DNA of 64,000 nucleotides from Podarcis erhardii (Eukaryota). Positions within the stretch are counted from its first letter, which is position 1; every line of letters starts with the position of its first letter. Location: the NCBI GenBank assembly GCA_964252035.1, contig OZ176200.1. One strand, given 5' to 3'. The notes under the pieces were generated by a model. It had not been told where the DNA came from and ran no database searches. It worked only from the letters and a program-made list of their open reading frames with translations. Below are positions 62,669 through 64,000 of this stretch, one piece after another. Made by a program: the position numbers and the translations under genes.

Positions 62669-62888
62669 GAAGCCAGTATGGTGTGATGGGTAGAGTCTTG
62701 GTCTAGGAGCTGAGAGACCGGGGTTCAATCCCCACTCAACCACAATGTTCACTGAGTGATCTGGGACAAGCCACTGTTTCTAAGTCTAACCTACTTCATA
62801 AGGTTGTTGGGAGCGTAAAATGGAGTGGAGAACCATGTATGCCTCCTTGGACTTCTTGGAGGTCAGGTGGGATATAAATGAAGAAACA
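62669..62888 (+). mobile_element. MIR/Ther1-derived SINE (Squam3-like), full length
   Basis: tRNA head GCCAGTATGGTGTGATGG with B-box GGTTCAATCCCC; core CTAACCTACTTCATAAGGTTGTTG; tail GGTGGGATATAAAT. Confidence 0.8.
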
Positions 62889-63077
62889 ACAGCAACTCAC
62901 TGCAGCACATGCCATGTTGGAAAATGCCAAGTGGTCAGGAGAGAAGAGGGAGGCAAGTTTGTGTAGGCATTGGTTGTGACCAAGGTGTCAGCTGTGCAAT
63001 TGAGCTGTAACACAAACACATCTACACATGGGATGGCAAGTCACAGAAGCCTGAATTTTCTACAGAGTGAAGAATGG

Positions 63078-63170
63078 CAGGGAGCGTAGATTAATGGTAC
63101 CACATATTATTTGCATGCAGAAGGCTCCAGAGAGCTGCTGCCAGTCGGAGGAGAGAATAATAGGCTAAGG
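63078..63170 (+). mobile_element. Internally deleted tRNA-SINE remnant
   Basis: TTTGCATGCAGAAGG joined to GAGAGCTGCTGCCAGTC, both segments of the 944-1133 family. Confidence 0.4.
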
Positions 63171-63173
63171 TAG

Positions 63174-63215
63174 GCTTATCCACACTTACCTTTTGCCCCT
63201 CTCTTTCCAGGCACA
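63174..63215. mobile_element. Harbinger-like MITE terminus
   Basis: GGCTTATCCACACTTACCTTTTGCCCCTCTCTTTCCAGGCACA is the inverted counterpart of 2340-2380. Confidence 0.4.
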
Positions 63216-64000
63216 TGTATGTTCATAAGCCTGTCCTGTCCTGTTTACATATCAATCTGCATTTTTTTTAGACAACATGAAATTTTGCTTTGTGTTTGCA
63301 TACATCTTTCACAAAATACACATTTTTGCATGCACTTTATCTGAAAATATGCATGTTAGTATTACGTTATCATGAAATACAAATGTCAGTACATTGTTGA
63401 ATAAAGAACCATATTGCAAGATTTGGAGAAGCATGGAAGGGCAAATCAGAAGTAGGTTTGTTTCAAAACACAGGCCAAGCAAAATACTTGAGCATCACCA
63501 CTTGTTTTGAAGCAAACATGTTTAGGATCAGGCTGTTAAGGACACACAGATTCTCAAGGAATCTGTAAAACAGAAGGATGAGTCTGTCCAGGAGAACAGA
63601 CATTATTCCTCTTGCATCTCAGGAACACAGATAAATGTAGTTAGGCTGAAGCAGGAGGTTAGATGATAGCATAATGGTTTGTGGCTGCTTTTACTAGAAA
63701 ATCTAATTTTGTTAAATTAGGCATTTTTCTTGCTCATGCCCTTGCCCTTGTTTGGCCAAAATGAGGGATCGACGTGCCCTAAAGTATTCTATGAGTGTTC
63801 TCCTCCATTTCTTTGGAATATTTGGCTAGATGTGCTGTCTAAGGCGATTCAGAGCCATCAATGGGATCTGAACACTTCCTGGATTAGATGCTGTTCTCTT
63901 ATGCTCTGGCAGATACTTTAGAGCTCTTTATTAGAATGCATTTATCCCACTTATATTACAAGCTCTAGCTCACTGGGTGTGAAACAGGATGTTCTGACAG

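Noticed and set aside
1-64000. CRISPR arrays, operons or other prokaryotic/defence systems
   Set aside because: No repeat-spacer arrays or dense gene packing; the sequence is clearly vertebrate intergenic or intronic DNA

Overview
Vertebrate, AT-rich (by eye), CpG-depleted, non-coding genomic DNA. The repeat content points to a squamate reptile, most likely a lacertid lizard; this rests on recalled family sequences, not a database search. The repeats include L2, CR1 and RTE LINE 3' fragments, tRNA-derived and MIR/Ther1-like SINEs, Penelope-like sequence, and many hAT, Tc1/mariner and Harbinger-like MITEs. I found no host protein-coding exon, tRNA, rRNA or snRNA gene that I can support. The only recognisable protein fragments are LINE ORF2 remnants (RTE 4577-5043, CR1 23375-24761, L2 28959-29568, 51018-52050 and 53915-54415). 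There is a CpG island at about 46370-47200, plus about a dozen short CpG-retaining, transcription-factor-motif-rich patches. Together these suggest a large intron or gene desert of a regulated (possibly developmental) locus, which I cannot name. Best leads: (1) the orphan CpG island with a perfect minus-strand splice donor; (2) a five-copy UGCAUG (RBFOX-type) cluster behind a possible 35-nt exon; (3) a CpG-undepleted 190-bp patch at 40.7 kb next to an Oct/palindrome/Oct module; (4) a 20-bp TSD plus A-tail structure enclosing an antisense L2; (5) a young hAT MITE family with variable telomere-like subrepeats. I do not see evidence sufficient to claim a previously undescribed biological system; all leads are hypotheses.
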